The notes: generated by a model from the letters alone, not told the origin. Shown: positions 9,873 through 19,512, counted from the stretch's first letter. The stretch is 64,000 nucleotides of DNA from Eubacteriales bacterium (GCA_045659905.1 JAZRCT010000054.1:40546-104545); one strand, 5' to 3'. Numbers and translations are program-made.

Positions 9873-11804
9873 TCAGGAATTTTCCTTAGTATAATTAAGC
9901 ATACCGCCCGCTGCAAGAATTGCTCTCTGACGCTCGGTAAGGCTGAGCAAAAGCTCTACCTCAGCGCCGTTATTCTTGTCACGGAGAGTTACACTGTCGG
10001 CATTCTGCACCGCATCGGCAAAGCCTATAATTTCAAGCTCGTCGCCCTGATTTATTCTGTCGTAATCCTCAGGATTCTTAAGCGTCATAGGCACTATACC
10101 GAAATTGATAAGGTTAGCTACGTGAATTCTCGCAAAGCTCTTTGCAATTACAGCCTTTACGCCAAGATAAAGAGGTACTAGCGCCGCGTGCTCTCGTGAC
10201 GAGCCCTGACCGTAGTTTGAGCCGCCGAGAATTATTCCGCCGCCCTTAGCCTTTGCACGCTCGGGAAATTCCTTGTCGCATACGGTGAAGCAATACTCCG
10301 AAAGCTTCGGCACGTTTGAGCGGTAAGGAAGTATTTTAGAGCCTGCCGGCATAATATGGTCGGTGGTAATGTTGTCGCCCACCTTAAGGATAAGCTCGCA
10401 GGCGAGGTCTGCCCTCGGCGCTTCGCCCTTGGGAATAGGCTTTATGTTAGGACCTCTTTCCACAATCAGCTCCTTTGCGTCCTCGACGCTTGCGGGAAGC
10501 TCAATAAGATTATCGTTGATAAGGAATTTTTCGGGAAGCGTTACCTTCGGCGCTTCGCCAAGTGTAGTCGGGTCGGTAAACACGCCTGCAAGAGCCGATG
10601 CCGCCGCAACCTCGGGCGATACCAGATAAACCTGAGCGTCGGCAGTGCCGCTTCTTGCGAGGAAATTACGGTTGAAGGTTCGGAGGCTGATACCCGCCGA
10701 CTTAGGCGAGAAGCCCATACCTATGCAAGGACCGCAGGCACATTCAAGAATTCTTGCACCCGCCGCTATAAGGTCGGCAAGAGCGCCGCACTCCGCAAGC
10801 ATAGTATATACCTGCTTTGAGCCGGGAGAAATTGAAAGCGATACGTCAGGGTGAACGGTCTTGCCCTTAAGCATAGCCGCTACCGTAAGCAAATCCGAAA
10901 GGCTCGAATTAGTGCAAGAGCCTATGCATACCTGGTCTATCTTCATTCCCGAAAGCTCGTCGGCAGTCTTAATGTTATCGGGCGAGTGAGGGCAAGCCGC
11001 AAGCGGCTTAAGCTCCGAGAGATTTACGGTGTATTCCGCATCGTAAACAGCGTCCGCATCCGAGAAAAGCGGCGAATAAGCATCCGCTCTGCCCTGCGCC
11101 GTAAGGAACTGCATCGTCACCTCGTCCGAGGGGAAGATTGAGGTAGTAGCGCCAAGCTCAGCGCCCATATTCGTAATGGTAGCTCTCTGCGGTACGCTGA
11201 GACTCTTTACACCCTCGCCCGCATACTCAACTATTGCGCCGACGCCGCCCTTCACCGAGAGAAGCCTTAAGACCTCGAGAATAACGTCCTTTGCGCTTAC
11301 GTAGTCACGAAGCTTACCGACGAGATTTACTCTTATCATTTTAGGCATAGTGATATAGTAAGTGCCGCCGCCCATTGCTACCGCAACGTCAAGACCGCCC
11401 GCACCCATAGCAAGCATACCGATACCCCCTGCGGTGGGAGTGTGGCTGTCAGAGCCGATAAGAGTCTTGCCGGGGATAGCAAATCTTTCAAGATGCACCT
11501 GATGGCAAATACCGTTGCCGGGGCGGGAAAATCTTAAGCCGTGCTTTCTTGCCACCGTCTGTATGTATCTGTGGTCGTCGGCGTTTTCAAAGCCTGCCTG
11601 AAGCGTATTGTGGTCAATATAAGCCACCGAAAGCTCGGTCTTTACTCTCTCGCAGCCGATAGCCTCAAACTGAAGATACGCCATCGTGCCTGTTGCGTCC
11701 TGAGTCAGCGTCTGGTCTATACGAAGACCTATTTCCTCGCCAACCTTCATTTCACCGCACACGAGGTGATTCTTTATAATTTTTTGCGCTATTGTATAAC
11801 CCAT
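9873..11804 (-). CDS. acn: aconitate hydratase
   Basis: 643 aa with GSDSHT, the Fe-S ligand motifs CIGSCTNSS and CGPCIGMG, and a C-terminal swivel domain with GSSREHAA. Confidence 0.9.
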   Translation of the reverse strand: MGYTIAQKIIKNHLVCGEMKVGEEIGLRIDQTLTQDATGTMAYLQFEAIGCERVKTELSVAYIDHNTLQAGFENADDHRYIQTVARKHGLRFSRPGNGICHQVHLERFAIPGKTLIGSDSHTPTAGGIGMLAMGAGGLDVAVAMGGGTYYITMPKMIRVNLVGKLRDYVSAKDVILEVLRLLSVKGGVGAIVEYAGEGVKSLSVPQRATITNMGAELGATTSIFPSDEVTMQFLTAQGRADAYSPLFSDADAVYDAEYTVNLSELKPLAACPHSPDNIKTADELSGMKIDQVCIGSCTNSSLSDLLTVAAMLKGKTVHPDVSLSISPGSKQVYTMLAECGALADLIAAGARILECACGPCIGMGFSPKSAGISLRTFNRNFLARSGTADAQVYLVSPEVAAASALAGVFTDPTTLGEAPKVTLPEKFLINDNLIELPASVEDAKELIVERGPNIKPIPKGEAPRADLACELILKVGDNITTDHIMPAGSKILPYRSNVPKLSEYCFTVCDKEFPERAKAKGGGIILGGSNYGQGSSREHAALVPLYLGVKAVIAKSFARIHVANLINFGIVPMTLKNPEDYDRINQGDELEIIGFADAVQNADSVTLRDKNNGAEVELLLSLTERQRAILAAGGMLNYTKENS

Positions 11805-11865
11805 TTTTTAAAATTCCTTTCAATAAAAGAGGGATAATTCAAATAATTATTTACATATTAAGCCG

Positions 11866-12513
11866 TTAATTATGATTTCCGAGATTCTGCATAGCTCGCT
11901 CAATATGGAGCGAGGTCAGTCTGTCCGCCTCCTCGGCGTTGCCCGAAAGAATAGCGGTAAGTATTTCTCTATGCTCCGCTACAGACTTTTCTACTCTGCC
12001 GGGGTCTGAGAGTGAGCGTTTTCTGTACGCCTTGATGTTTCGGTGAAGCTCGGAGAGGATTTTACAAAGAAGGCGGTTGCCCGAGGCTCTGTATATGATG
12101 CGGTGAAAGGTCGTATCAAGCTCCTTCAGATGCTCTGCGTCGTTCTTCTTGATATAGAACTCCGACAGCTCAACCGAGGTAATAAGCTCTCGCTTGTCCT
12201 CCTCGCAGATACGCATCGTACAAAGTCTCGATGCAAGTCCCTCAAGCCTCATTCTGATTCGGTAGGTATCCTCAAGGTCCTCCTCACTGACGCCCACCAC
12301 GACGGCGCTTCTGTTAGCTACTATCTCGACAAGCCCCTCGTCGGCAAGCCTTTGAAGCGCACCTCGTATCGGGGTACGGCTTACGCCGAGCCTTTCTGAA
12401 AGCTCCTGCTCCTTAAGCCTCGTGCCTGCTGTAAGCTTGCCCGAGAGTATATCCTCCTCAAGCTCGGAAAACACTCTTTCCTCAAGCGAAAACGAGCCTT
12501 TATCTACTATCAT
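11866..12513 (-). CDS. GntR-family (FCD-domain) transcriptional regulator
   Basis: Winged HTH (LSERLGVSRTPIRGALQRLADEGLVE) plus a helical FCD-like C-terminus. I moved the start to the ATG at 12513 (MIVDKGSF...). That start has a GGTGAGG RBS and removes the 65-nt overlap with the upstream gene implied by the track start at 12588. Confidence 0.85.
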   Translation of the reverse strand: MIVDKGSFSLEERVFSELEEDILSGKLTAGTRLKEQELSERLGVSRTPIRGALQRLADEGLVEIVANRSAVVVGVSEEDLEDTYRIRMRLEGLASRLCTMRICEEDKRELITSVELSEFYIKKNDAEHLKELDTTFHRIIYRASGNRLLCKILSELHRNIKAYRKRSLSDPGRVEKSVAEHREILTAILSGNAEEADRLTSLHIERAMQNLGNHN

Positions 12514-12523
12514 AGCCGAAACC

Positions 12524-13906
12524 TCACCTATCGTGGATTTTGTACTTTCCGCCGGAAAGTCTGTTGGCAATTTCCTCAAGCTCGCCATCGCTCATAACGG
12601 TGGTTCTTCCGTCTGCGTAGGCTCTGTCTATTTCGTGCTTCATATAGAGAATAAGCGCATCCTGCTTCGCCAGCATATCGTCGCCCTTAAGCTCGTAGTT
12701 TTTGTTCATCCAGTAGGCGATACCCGCAAGTCCCGAGGTATTGGATATCGAAACCTCGGCAGGACGGTTGAGAATCTTCTCGGTATCGAAAATGTTGTAA
12801 ATTTCGGCATCCTTCATAAGACCGTCGGCGTGTATGCCTGCTCTCGTCATATTGAAATGTGCGCCTACAAAAGGCGTCATAGGCGGAATTTCATATTCCA
12901 TCTCGCTTTCAAAATATCTTGCAAGCTCGGTAATTACCGTCGGGTCCATACCGTCAAACGTGCCTCTTAACGACGCATATTCAATCACCATAGCCTCAAG
13001 CGGAACGTTGCCCGTGCGCTCACCTATGCCGAGCAGCGAGCAGTTGACGCCCGAAGCGCCGTAAAGCCAAGCTGCCGTGGCGTTGGCAACTCCCTTATAG
13101 AAGTCGTTGTGTCCGTGCCATTCGAGCATCTCGCTCGTAACGTCGGAATAGTGGTGAAGACCGTATACTATTCCGGGAACGCTTCTGGGAAGCGCAACGC
13201 CCGAATAAGGCACGCCGTAGCCCATAGTATCGCACATTCTGATTTTAACAGGGATTCCCGAGTCCTTGGAAAGCTCGGTAAGCGCATTTACGAAAGGAAC
13301 GACGAAGCCGTAGAAATCGGCTCTCGTAATATCCTCAAGGTGGCATCTCGGACGGATACCCGCATCAAACGCCTGCTTGACTACGCCAAGATAATGCTCA
13401 AGCGCCTGCGAGCGTGTCATATTAAGCTTTTTAAATATGTGATAGTCCGAGCAGGAAACGAGTATTCCGGTCTCCTTAATGCCGAGGTCACGCACGAGCG
13501 TGAAATCCTCCTTCTTTGCTCTTATCCAGGTGGTAATTTCGGGGAATTTAAGGTCGAGAGCCATACACTTCTCAAGCGCCTCTCTGTCCTTCTTCGTATA
13601 GACGAAAAACTCGCTCTGTCTGATTATTCCCTTTTCACCGCCAAGGCGTGAAAGCATCTTATATATATCTACTATTTGCTCGGGACGGTAGGGCGCACGT
13701 GACTGCTGACCGTCACGGAAGGTCGTGTCGGTAATCCATATTTCCTCGGGCATATTAAGCGGCACACGGCGGTGGTTGAAGGCTATCTTGGGAATTTCCT
13801 CGTAGGGGTAAATATCCCTGTAAAGATTAGGCTCGTCAACGTCCTGAAGCGAGTATTTGTACTGCGACTGCTCGAGCAGGTTGCTGTACGGGCTTTTTGA
13901 AATCAT
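12524..13906 (-). CDS. Re-type citrate synthase (homocitrate/isopropylmalate synthase family)
   Basis: 460 aa with the DRE-TIM/HMGL motifs ITDTTFRDGQQS and WHGHNDFYKGVANA. The N-terminal YEEIPKI...VPLNMPEEIWITDTT lead-in resembles clostridial Re-citrate synthases. It is co-operonic with aconitase and IDH. Confidence 0.65.
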   Translation of the reverse strand: MISKSPYSNLLEQSQYKYSLQDVDEPNLYRDIYPYEEIPKIAFNHRRVPLNMPEEIWITDTTFRDGQQSRAPYRPEQIVDIYKMLSRLGGEKGIIRQSEFFVYTKKDREALEKCMALDLKFPEITTWIRAKKEDFTLVRDLGIKETGILVSCSDYHIFKKLNMTRSQALEHYLGVVKQAFDAGIRPRCHLEDITRADFYGFVVPFVNALTELSKDSGIPVKIRMCDTMGYGVPYSGVALPRSVPGIVYGLHHYSDVTSEMLEWHGHNDFYKGVANATAAWLYGASGVNCSLLGIGERTGNVPLEAMVIEYASLRGTFDGMDPTVITELARYFESEMEYEIPPMTPFVGAHFNMTRAGIHADGLMKDAEIYNIFDTEKILNRPAEVSISNTSGLAGIAYWMNKNYELKGDDMLAKQDALILYMKHEIDRAYADGRTTVMSDGELEEIANRLSGGKYKIHDR

Positions 13907-13990
13907 TTCTTAGTCCTCTCAGTCATTGATTTTATCTGCATTTTAATTCGCTTTTACTTCTAAAAGCCGTTATTTATCGGCTTTTTCGAA

Positions 13991-14054
13991 ATTGTATACG
14001 AGAATACAATTCAAAAATATATCCTATTATACAATATGATTTTAAGCTTGTCAA
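13991..14054 (-). promoter_or_regulatory. consensus promoter plus candidate GntR operator of the citrate synthase operon
   Basis: Minus strand: TTGACA (14049-14054), a 17-nt spacer, then TATAAT (14026-14031). A perfect inverted repeat ATTGTAT-N6-ATACAAT (13991-14010) lies just downstream of the predicted TSS. An extra TTGTATAAT half-site overlaps the -10. Confidence 0.5.
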
Positions 14055-14206
14055 GGGAAATCCTTATTTTTACTATCTTTTTTATATATAAATAATAAAG
14101 CCTTGACTTTTAAATATAAATAACCGTAAGCTTACCTTCCCTCACCCAAAAAAGAAAAAGCCTTGCATAGTAAGAGCCAACTTCCGCTCTCCTCTTTGCA
14201 AAGCTT

Positions 14207-14431
14207 CTATTTATTTTCATCGAACTCCTCGCCGTTTACGAGAAAATCTATTGACACCCCGAAATACCTTGACAAAGTTCTCAGCATCTCAACGTCGGGC
14301 GACCGCTTGCCGTTTTCATAATGCGAGAGCGCTTCTCGACTGATATTCAAATCCATCGCTACCTTTTGCTGATTTAAGCCTCTTTGCCGACGGATTATCT
14401 TCAGTCCGATAAGACCTTTTGATTTATCCAT
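14207..14431 (-). CDS. XRE-family helix-turn-helix transcriptional regulator
   Basis: 74 aa with the Cro/C1-type HTH LNQQKVAMDLNISREALSHYENGKRSP. It is divergent from the 14575 gene. Confidence 0.85.
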   Translation of the reverse strand: MDKSKGLIGLKIIRRQRGLNQQKVAMDLNISREALSHYENGKRSPDVEMLRTLSRYFGVSIDFLVNGEEFDENK

Positions 14432-14480
14432 TTCTCTCTCCCCTATTTTTTAATGTCTGCGAATATTTTTTAAAATACCC

Positions 14481-14530
14481 TTGACTTTATTGTAACAAAA
14501 TGTTACTATATAAATGTTACAATTTGTTAC
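14481..14530 (+). promoter_or_regulatory. promoter with GTAACA/TGTTAC operator repeats
   Basis: TTGACT (14481-14486), a 17-nt spacer, then TACTAT (14504-14509). The inverted repeat GTAACAAAATGTTAC (14492-14506) overlaps the spacer and -10. Direct TGTTAC repeats sit at 14515 and 14525, 10 bp apart. Confidence 0.5.
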
Positions 14531-14574
14531 TTTATGCATTTGTAATGTATGAAAATATGAGAGGAGCACGAAAA

Positions 14575-15579
14575 ATGTGTAACGAAAAGACACAAACAAA
14601 CGCAAGTATCCAGCGTTCTGCACAAGACCTAACCCTTCCAACTTCATTCAGTAAAATCAAAAAACCTGCTCATTATGATGTAAACGAGAAAGAATGGCCT
14701 TTTTATGACGAAGAGCTGGATTTCAATGGAGAAAGAACAGAACCCGCAATAAGAGCGTTTATTGAGAAAAAGCAATCTCAACTAGAGGAACTTGAAGAAA
14801 GAACGCTTTATGAATTAGCAAACAATAAATCCAACACCTCTACAATGAGCAAAGAAATCTTAACCAAGATGTCTCCCGAGGAACAAGAAATTTTTAGAAA
14901 AAGGAAAGCAGCATATAAAAAATCCAAAGCAGTTAATTTTTTAGGGTTTATTGTTTTTCTGTTTATTTCCTTTGTAACAATACTTATTCTAAACTCTAAA
15001 TCCCTTCTTGACGCGTGGTGGAGATATCCTTTAATCATTATCTCGTGCGGTATTGTTTCAATCTTCTTTTCGAAGATTATGAAAAAGCATTTTATGAAAA
15101 AAATGGCCGAATTCAAAAAAAATCCAACCATAGCAAAGCACGATAATGAAGTAATGGAAGAAATGAAAAAAGGCCAAGCTATAATAAATTATTATAAGGA
15201 ACTTCGTACGTATTATTCTTCAAGTATAGATGCATTAAAGGACGAATTACTTAATAAAACTTACGCTAATTATATCATATTTTATGGAACGAATTCTTCT
15301 TATCGATACGCTATACATATTGATGGAAATCTCATCGCAGAAGCAGACGGCTGTAAGCTTGTAACATTGAAAATGGGAACAGGGATTCATTCTATAAGAA
15401 TTGAATTTGATCACGAAAAAATCACAGGAGATCATGAAACTGGTTTTTTTCCAACAGTTCAATTCGAGGCTTCCAACGAAAAAGAGCAAGCCTTTATTTT
15501 AATTTGCACTGCGAATAAAATACGCGTATCAAATAGGAAAGAGTTCGAAAAAACGACAAAAATCAATCTGCTTTTATAA
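14575..15579 (+). CDS. hypothetical two-TM membrane protein with a C-terminal beta-rich domain
   Basis: I trimmed the ORF to the ATG at 14575 (MCNEKTQ...), which has a GAGGAG RBS 8 nt upstream. It has two hydrophobic helices (FLGFIVFLFISFVTILIL, LIIISCGIVSIFF). I recognised no family. The region is visibly A+T-rich. Confidence 0.7.
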   Translation: MCNEKTQTNASIQRSAQDLTLPTSFSKIKKPAHYDVNEKEWPFYDEELDFNGERTEPAIRAFIEKKQSQLEELEERTLYELANNKSNTSTMSKEILTKMSPEEQEIFRKRKAAYKKSKAVNFLGFIVFLFISFVTILILNSKSLLDAWWRYPLIIISCGIVSIFFSKIMKKHFMKKMAEFKKNPTIAKHDNEVMEEMKKGQAIINYYKELRTYYSSSIDALKDELLNKTYANYIIFYGTNSSYRYAIHIDGNLIAEADGCKLVTLKMGTGIHSIRIEFDHEKITGDHETGFFPTVQFEASNEKEQAFILICTANKIRVSNRKEFEKTTKINLLL

Positions 15580-15614
15580 AAAAAGTGCCGAGGTGAAAAT
15601 CCTCGGCACTTTTA
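15578..15614. terminator. bidirectional intrinsic terminator
   Basis: AAAAGTGCCGAGG, a 7-nt loop, then CCTCGGCACTTTT, flanked by A-run and T-run. Confidence 0.7.
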
Positions 15615-15620
15615 TCAATA

Positions 15621-15683
15621 ACTACCCCAAAAAATGCTTTTTCGGGTGTTTGAGGGGACTTTTTGGCTGCAAAAAGTCCCCTC
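15621..15683 (-). repeat. third copy (degenerate) of the two-hairpin terminator module seen at 28751 and 30088
   Basis: The minus strand reads GAGGGGACTTTTTG-CAGC-CAAAAAGTCCCCTC aa ACACCCGAAAAAGCATTTTTTGGGGTAGTTATTGA. This is colinear with the modules after lysS and at 30088. It lies directly downstream of the GH2 stop. Confidence 0.6.
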
Positions 15684-15709
15684 AATTATTTTTTCTTTTA
15701 CAACTTAAA

Positions 15710-17490
15710 TTACTTTCTTTCCTTAACCGATTTTGCGGAAAGGATGGGGTATATCTTTTCTGCGGGGAACTTAAAGCGTCTGTCGTAAGTAAGAAGTCCG
15801 TTTTGCTCCTGCTCTACGTCATAAAGCTGAGTATAGCAAAACGCACAGCATTCGGGATTCTCACGAAGCACTGCGGTAAGTCCCTCAAGGCGAGCGAAGA
15901 ACTCCTCCTCTGAAGCAACCGACTTGCCGTAGCCCCAGCCGTTGCCGTCCATAGCCCAAGCAATTCCGCCGTACTCGCTGACGAACATAGTCTTTTTGGT
16001 ATCGTATTTCATACGGTCCTTGCCGTAGCGGTAATAGAGCTGGTCTGTGATTACGCCGTTATCAATATCGGCAAACACCTTAGCAAAGGCTACGGGGTCT
16101 TGAGTATAATCGTGAATATCGTTGCAGCAGCCGACCTGAATTCCCGAAATATCGTGGATAGGAAGGCTACCCGAGTTAACCACGCAGGGACGGGTGGGGT
16201 CTATTGAGCGTGTTACGTTATAAACGAGCGTCTGGAGCTTCTCGCTCTGGCGTCTGCCGCTGTCCCTTTTGTCCCAGGTTTCATTGAAGGGACACCAGCC
16301 GATAACCGAGGGGTGCGCCATATCACGCTCCATCTCCTCAAGCCATTCGGGAAGGAAAGTATAGATATTATTTTCATTGGTCCAATCCCAGCCCCAGTTA
16401 CCGGTTTCGTCAAAGAGCATATAACCGAGCTTGTCGGCATGGTAAAGGAATCTCTGCTCAAATACCTTCTGGTGAAGTCTTGCGCCGTTGAAGCCGAGCG
16501 CCATAGAATATTCAATATCCGCCTTAAGCGCCTCGTCGCTTGACGCCGTATAAATTCCGTCGGGGTAGAAGCCCTGGTCAAGCACGAATCTTCCGAATAC
16601 GTACTCGCCGTTTAAGAAGAAGCCCTCCTTATTCATAGTCACGGTGCGAAGTCCAAAGTAAGCGCTTACGGTATCGAGCACAGCGCCGCTCTCCTCGCTT
16701 ATTTCAAACGTGACGTCATAAAGTCTTCCATTGCCAATCTCCCAAAGGTGCTTTTCGGAGAGCTTGCAGTAAAGGGTAGCAACCTCGGAGCTTATCTTGC
16801 ACTCTGCGCCTCCTACTACCTTGCCCTCGTAGGAAACGGTAGCCGAAATCACCTTGCCAAACGCCTTTTCGCTAACCTTTACGTCGAGAGTAGCAGCGGG
16901 AGATTCTATATCACTATGTACATTATAGCTTACAATATGAGCGGGATTTACCGCTTCAAGCCACACCGACTGCCAAATTCCCGTAGTGCGTGTATAGAAG
17001 CAACCGTACGAGCCGAATTTCGTAGACTGCTTGCCTGCCATCTGTCTTCCAGAGCGGATATCGTCAACCGCCTCGATAGCAATAGTAGCCTTGCCGTCGA
17101 CTACGTAATCGGTAATATCGCAGGCAATGGGAGTGTATCCGCCGATATGCTTTTGACAGGCTTACCGCCGACGTACACGGTAGTCTCCCAATCGCAAGCC
17201 TCTATATGAAGAATAACTCTCTTGCCAAGGAAGCTTTCGGGAATTTCGACCTCTCTTTTGTACCATACGCAATTCATAAAATCGGTATGACCTATACCGG
17301 AAAGCTTACTCTCGGGACAGAAAGGAAGCGTAATTTTCGAGCCAAGCTTATAGGTAAGCTGATAATCCTTATGATAGCCGACTTGTGCGTTATCAATCTC
17401 AAAATCCCACTCGCCGTTTAAGCAAAGCCAATCCTCTCTTACGAGGTTAGGGCGCGGATATTCAGCTCTTGGGATATTACAGTTAGTCAT
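15710..17490 (-). pseudogene. glycoside hydrolase family 2 gene split by a 1-nt frameshift
   Basis: The 129-aa N-terminal ORF (17101-17490) is a GH2 sugar-binding domain. The 443-aa ORF (15710-17041) carries the TIM-barrel region (CPFNETW, EYGG). Shifting frame near 17155 restores ...VYVGGKPVQKHIGGYTPIACDITDYVVDGKATIAIEAVDD..., the conserved GH2 GGYTPF region. Confidence 0.8.
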
Positions 17491-17512
17491 AATTCAGGTC
17501 TCCTTAATCGGT

Positions 17513-18646
17513 TTATATTTTCTTGTTTTTATTATTCTTAAAGAATTGGTAGAGATAGCAAGGAATCATACCGTTATAAAGCTTTCTTACCTTGTCGGCA
17601 CGCTTTCCGTAAAATCTCTCAAAGCTCGGGTGAGAGGTAATAATATAGCTCTGCCACGGCTCAAGCGAGCGAAAATGCTCGCCCATTTTACGGTAAAGCG
17701 CCTCTGCGCCCTTTAAATCCATAAGCCGCTCTCCGTAGGGAGGATTGGTGACTATCGTCGCCCGTCTGCCCGGAGCGGAAATCTTAAGCGCATCCTCGGC
17801 GAAAGCCTTAACGGTCCGTGAAACACCCGCTATTTTAGCATTTGCCTCTGTAAGCGAAACGCAATCCTTATCTATATCCGAGGCAAAGACGCAAAAGTCG
17901 CTTTTAACCTCGCCCTCTCTCGCTTCCTCTCTGGCGTTTTGCCAAAGCTTCCCAGAAAGCCAAGGGAACTCCTCTGCCGCAAAGCTTCTTTTAATGCCGG
18001 GGGCAATATTATTCATCATCATTGCCGCCTCGATTGCAATAGTACCGCTTCCACACATAGGGTCCCAGAGCAGTACCTCCTCTCTGGGGCGGGAAAGCTT
18101 CACTATTGCAGCAGCAAGCGTCTCTCTTATCGGAGCTGCGTTTGACTGCCGTCTGTATCCTCGCTTGTGAAGCGCTACGCCCGAGGTATCAATCATAAGC
18201 GTAGCGATATTGTTGAGAATAAAAAATTCTATCTGATATTTCACCGAGTCCTCGGGAAATACGGTAAGACCGTACCGCTCACCGAGCTTTTTGACTATCG
18301 CCTTTTTTACGATAGACTGGCAATCGGGAATCGAATAAAGCGCCGATTTTATTGAATGTCCCTTGACGGGAAAGGCGTCGCTTGCGCCTATAAAATCCGC
18401 CCAGGGCAGGGCGTAAACGCCGTCAAAAAGCTCGCTAAAGCTTTCGCAGGGAAAAGAGCCAAGCTTAATATATACACGCTCGGCGTATCTTAAAAATATG
18501 TTGGATAGCGCTACCGCCTCCTCGTCACCAAGAAAGGTTACCCTACCGTCAATGGTGGAAATGCGCTCGTAGCCAAGCGCCTCAATTTCCTCGCCGAGCA
18601 GATGCTCAAGTCCGAAAAGACAGGTAGCAACAAGCTGAAGCTTCAT
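17513..18646 (-). CDS. THUMP-domain class I SAM-dependent RNA methyltransferase
   Basis: 377 aa with an N-terminal THUMP-like region, SAM motif DPMCGSGT and catalytic TNPPYG. Confidence 0.85.
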   Translation of the reverse strand: MKLQLVATCLFGLEHLLGEEIEALGYERISTIDGRVTFLGDEEAVALSNIFLRYAERVYIKLGSFPCESFSELFDGVYALPWADFIGASDAFPVKGHSIKSALYSIPDCQSIVKKAIVKKLGERYGLTVFPEDSVKYQIEFFILNNIATLMIDTSGVALHKRGYRRQSNAAPIRETLAAAIVKLSRPREEVLLWDPMCGSGTIAIEAAMMMNNIAPGIKRSFAAEEFPWLSGKLWQNAREEAREGEVKSDFCVFASDIDKDCVSLTEANAKIAGVSRTVKAFAEDALKISAPGRRATIVTNPPYGERLMDLKGAEALYRKMGEHFRSLEPWQSYIITSHPSFERFYGKRADKVRKLYNGMIPCYLYQFFKNNKNKKI

Positions 18647-18659
18647 AAATTACCTCTGC

Positions 18660-19496
18660 CTATGCAAGATATTGCTCAAATATTACACATTCAAAGCCGT
18701 CCCTCTCGGCTTTTATCTCCTCGTCACGGCTAGTAATCGTAAACGCAACCAGCGCCGTACCAAAGAGCCTTGATAGAAATTTAACCGGGAAAAGTCCGAT
18801 ATGATTTTTCTCGCAGGCTATAAAATGAGGGCGTGCAAGAAAATCAAGCAAATGACGCTGAATTATGCGGTATTTCATACTCCTGAGCTTCTTATCCTCG
18901 GTATGCTTGCTGACGAGGAAGCCTCTGCCGATTTTCGGGGCAAGCTTCCTTACCTCATACACGAGCAACGGATTGAAGGATTCAAAGACGTACTCGCCCT
19001 CATACGAGGAAAGCTCCTCTATCGCAACGCCTGCCACCGAGGTATCGGTGCTTTCGCCCTTAAGCTCAATTATAAGCGGCGCTCTGCCAGAAACGGTATC
19101 AAGAAATTCACGGAAGGTGGGAATCCTCTCGTCGGAATCCTTAAGCTTATATTCCTTAAGCTCGGAGAGAGTAAGGTCACAAACCCTCTTATCGACACCG
19201 CACATACGACTGAGCGTATCGTCGTGGAAAACAACCGCCACACCGTCTCGGGTAAGCCTTACGTCAAGCTCCATACCGTACCCACGCTCAATCGCTCTTT
19301 CAAAAGCCAAAAGCGAGTTCTCGGGCGCTGCGGTATCGTAATCGAGAAGTCCGTGAAGACCTCTGTGCGCATATTTATATTTTAAAAGATGCCCGATTGA
19401 TTTTTTGCTCACCGAGCCGACTAAGAAAAGCCAAAGGCAGAATCCAAGAGAAAACGCCGAGCCGAGCACAATCAGCAAAATGAAATACCATTCCAT
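18660..19496 (-). CDS. membrane-anchored glycerophosphodiester phosphodiesterase
   Basis: GDPD motifs HRGL...PENS and MELDVRLTRDGVAVVFHD. I chose the start at the ATG at 19496 (MEWYFILLIVLG), which has an AAGGAG RBS. The track start at 19547 would overlap the MFS gene. Confidence 0.85.
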   Translation of the reverse strand: MEWYFILLIVLGSAFSLGFCLWLFLVGSVSKKSIGHLLKYKYAHRGLHGLLDYDTAAPENSLLAFERAIERGYGMELDVRLTRDGVAVVFHDDTLSRMCGVDKRVCDLTLSELKEYKLKDSDERIPTFREFLDTVSGRAPLIIELKGESTDTSVAGVAIEELSSYEGEYVFESFNPLLVYEVRKLAPKIGRGFLVSKHTEDKKLRSMKYRIIQRHLLDFLARPHFIACEKNHIGLFPVKFLSRLFGTALVAFTITSRDEEIKAERDGFECVIFEQYLA

Positions 19497-19512
19497 AAAA
19501 ATCTCCTTAGCG

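Noticed and set aside
12514-12588. Long N-terminal extension of the GntR regulator overlapping the citrate synthase gene by 65 nt
   Set aside because: An internal ATG at 12513 has a good RBS and yields a standard-length wHTH N-terminus. The extension has no homology features.
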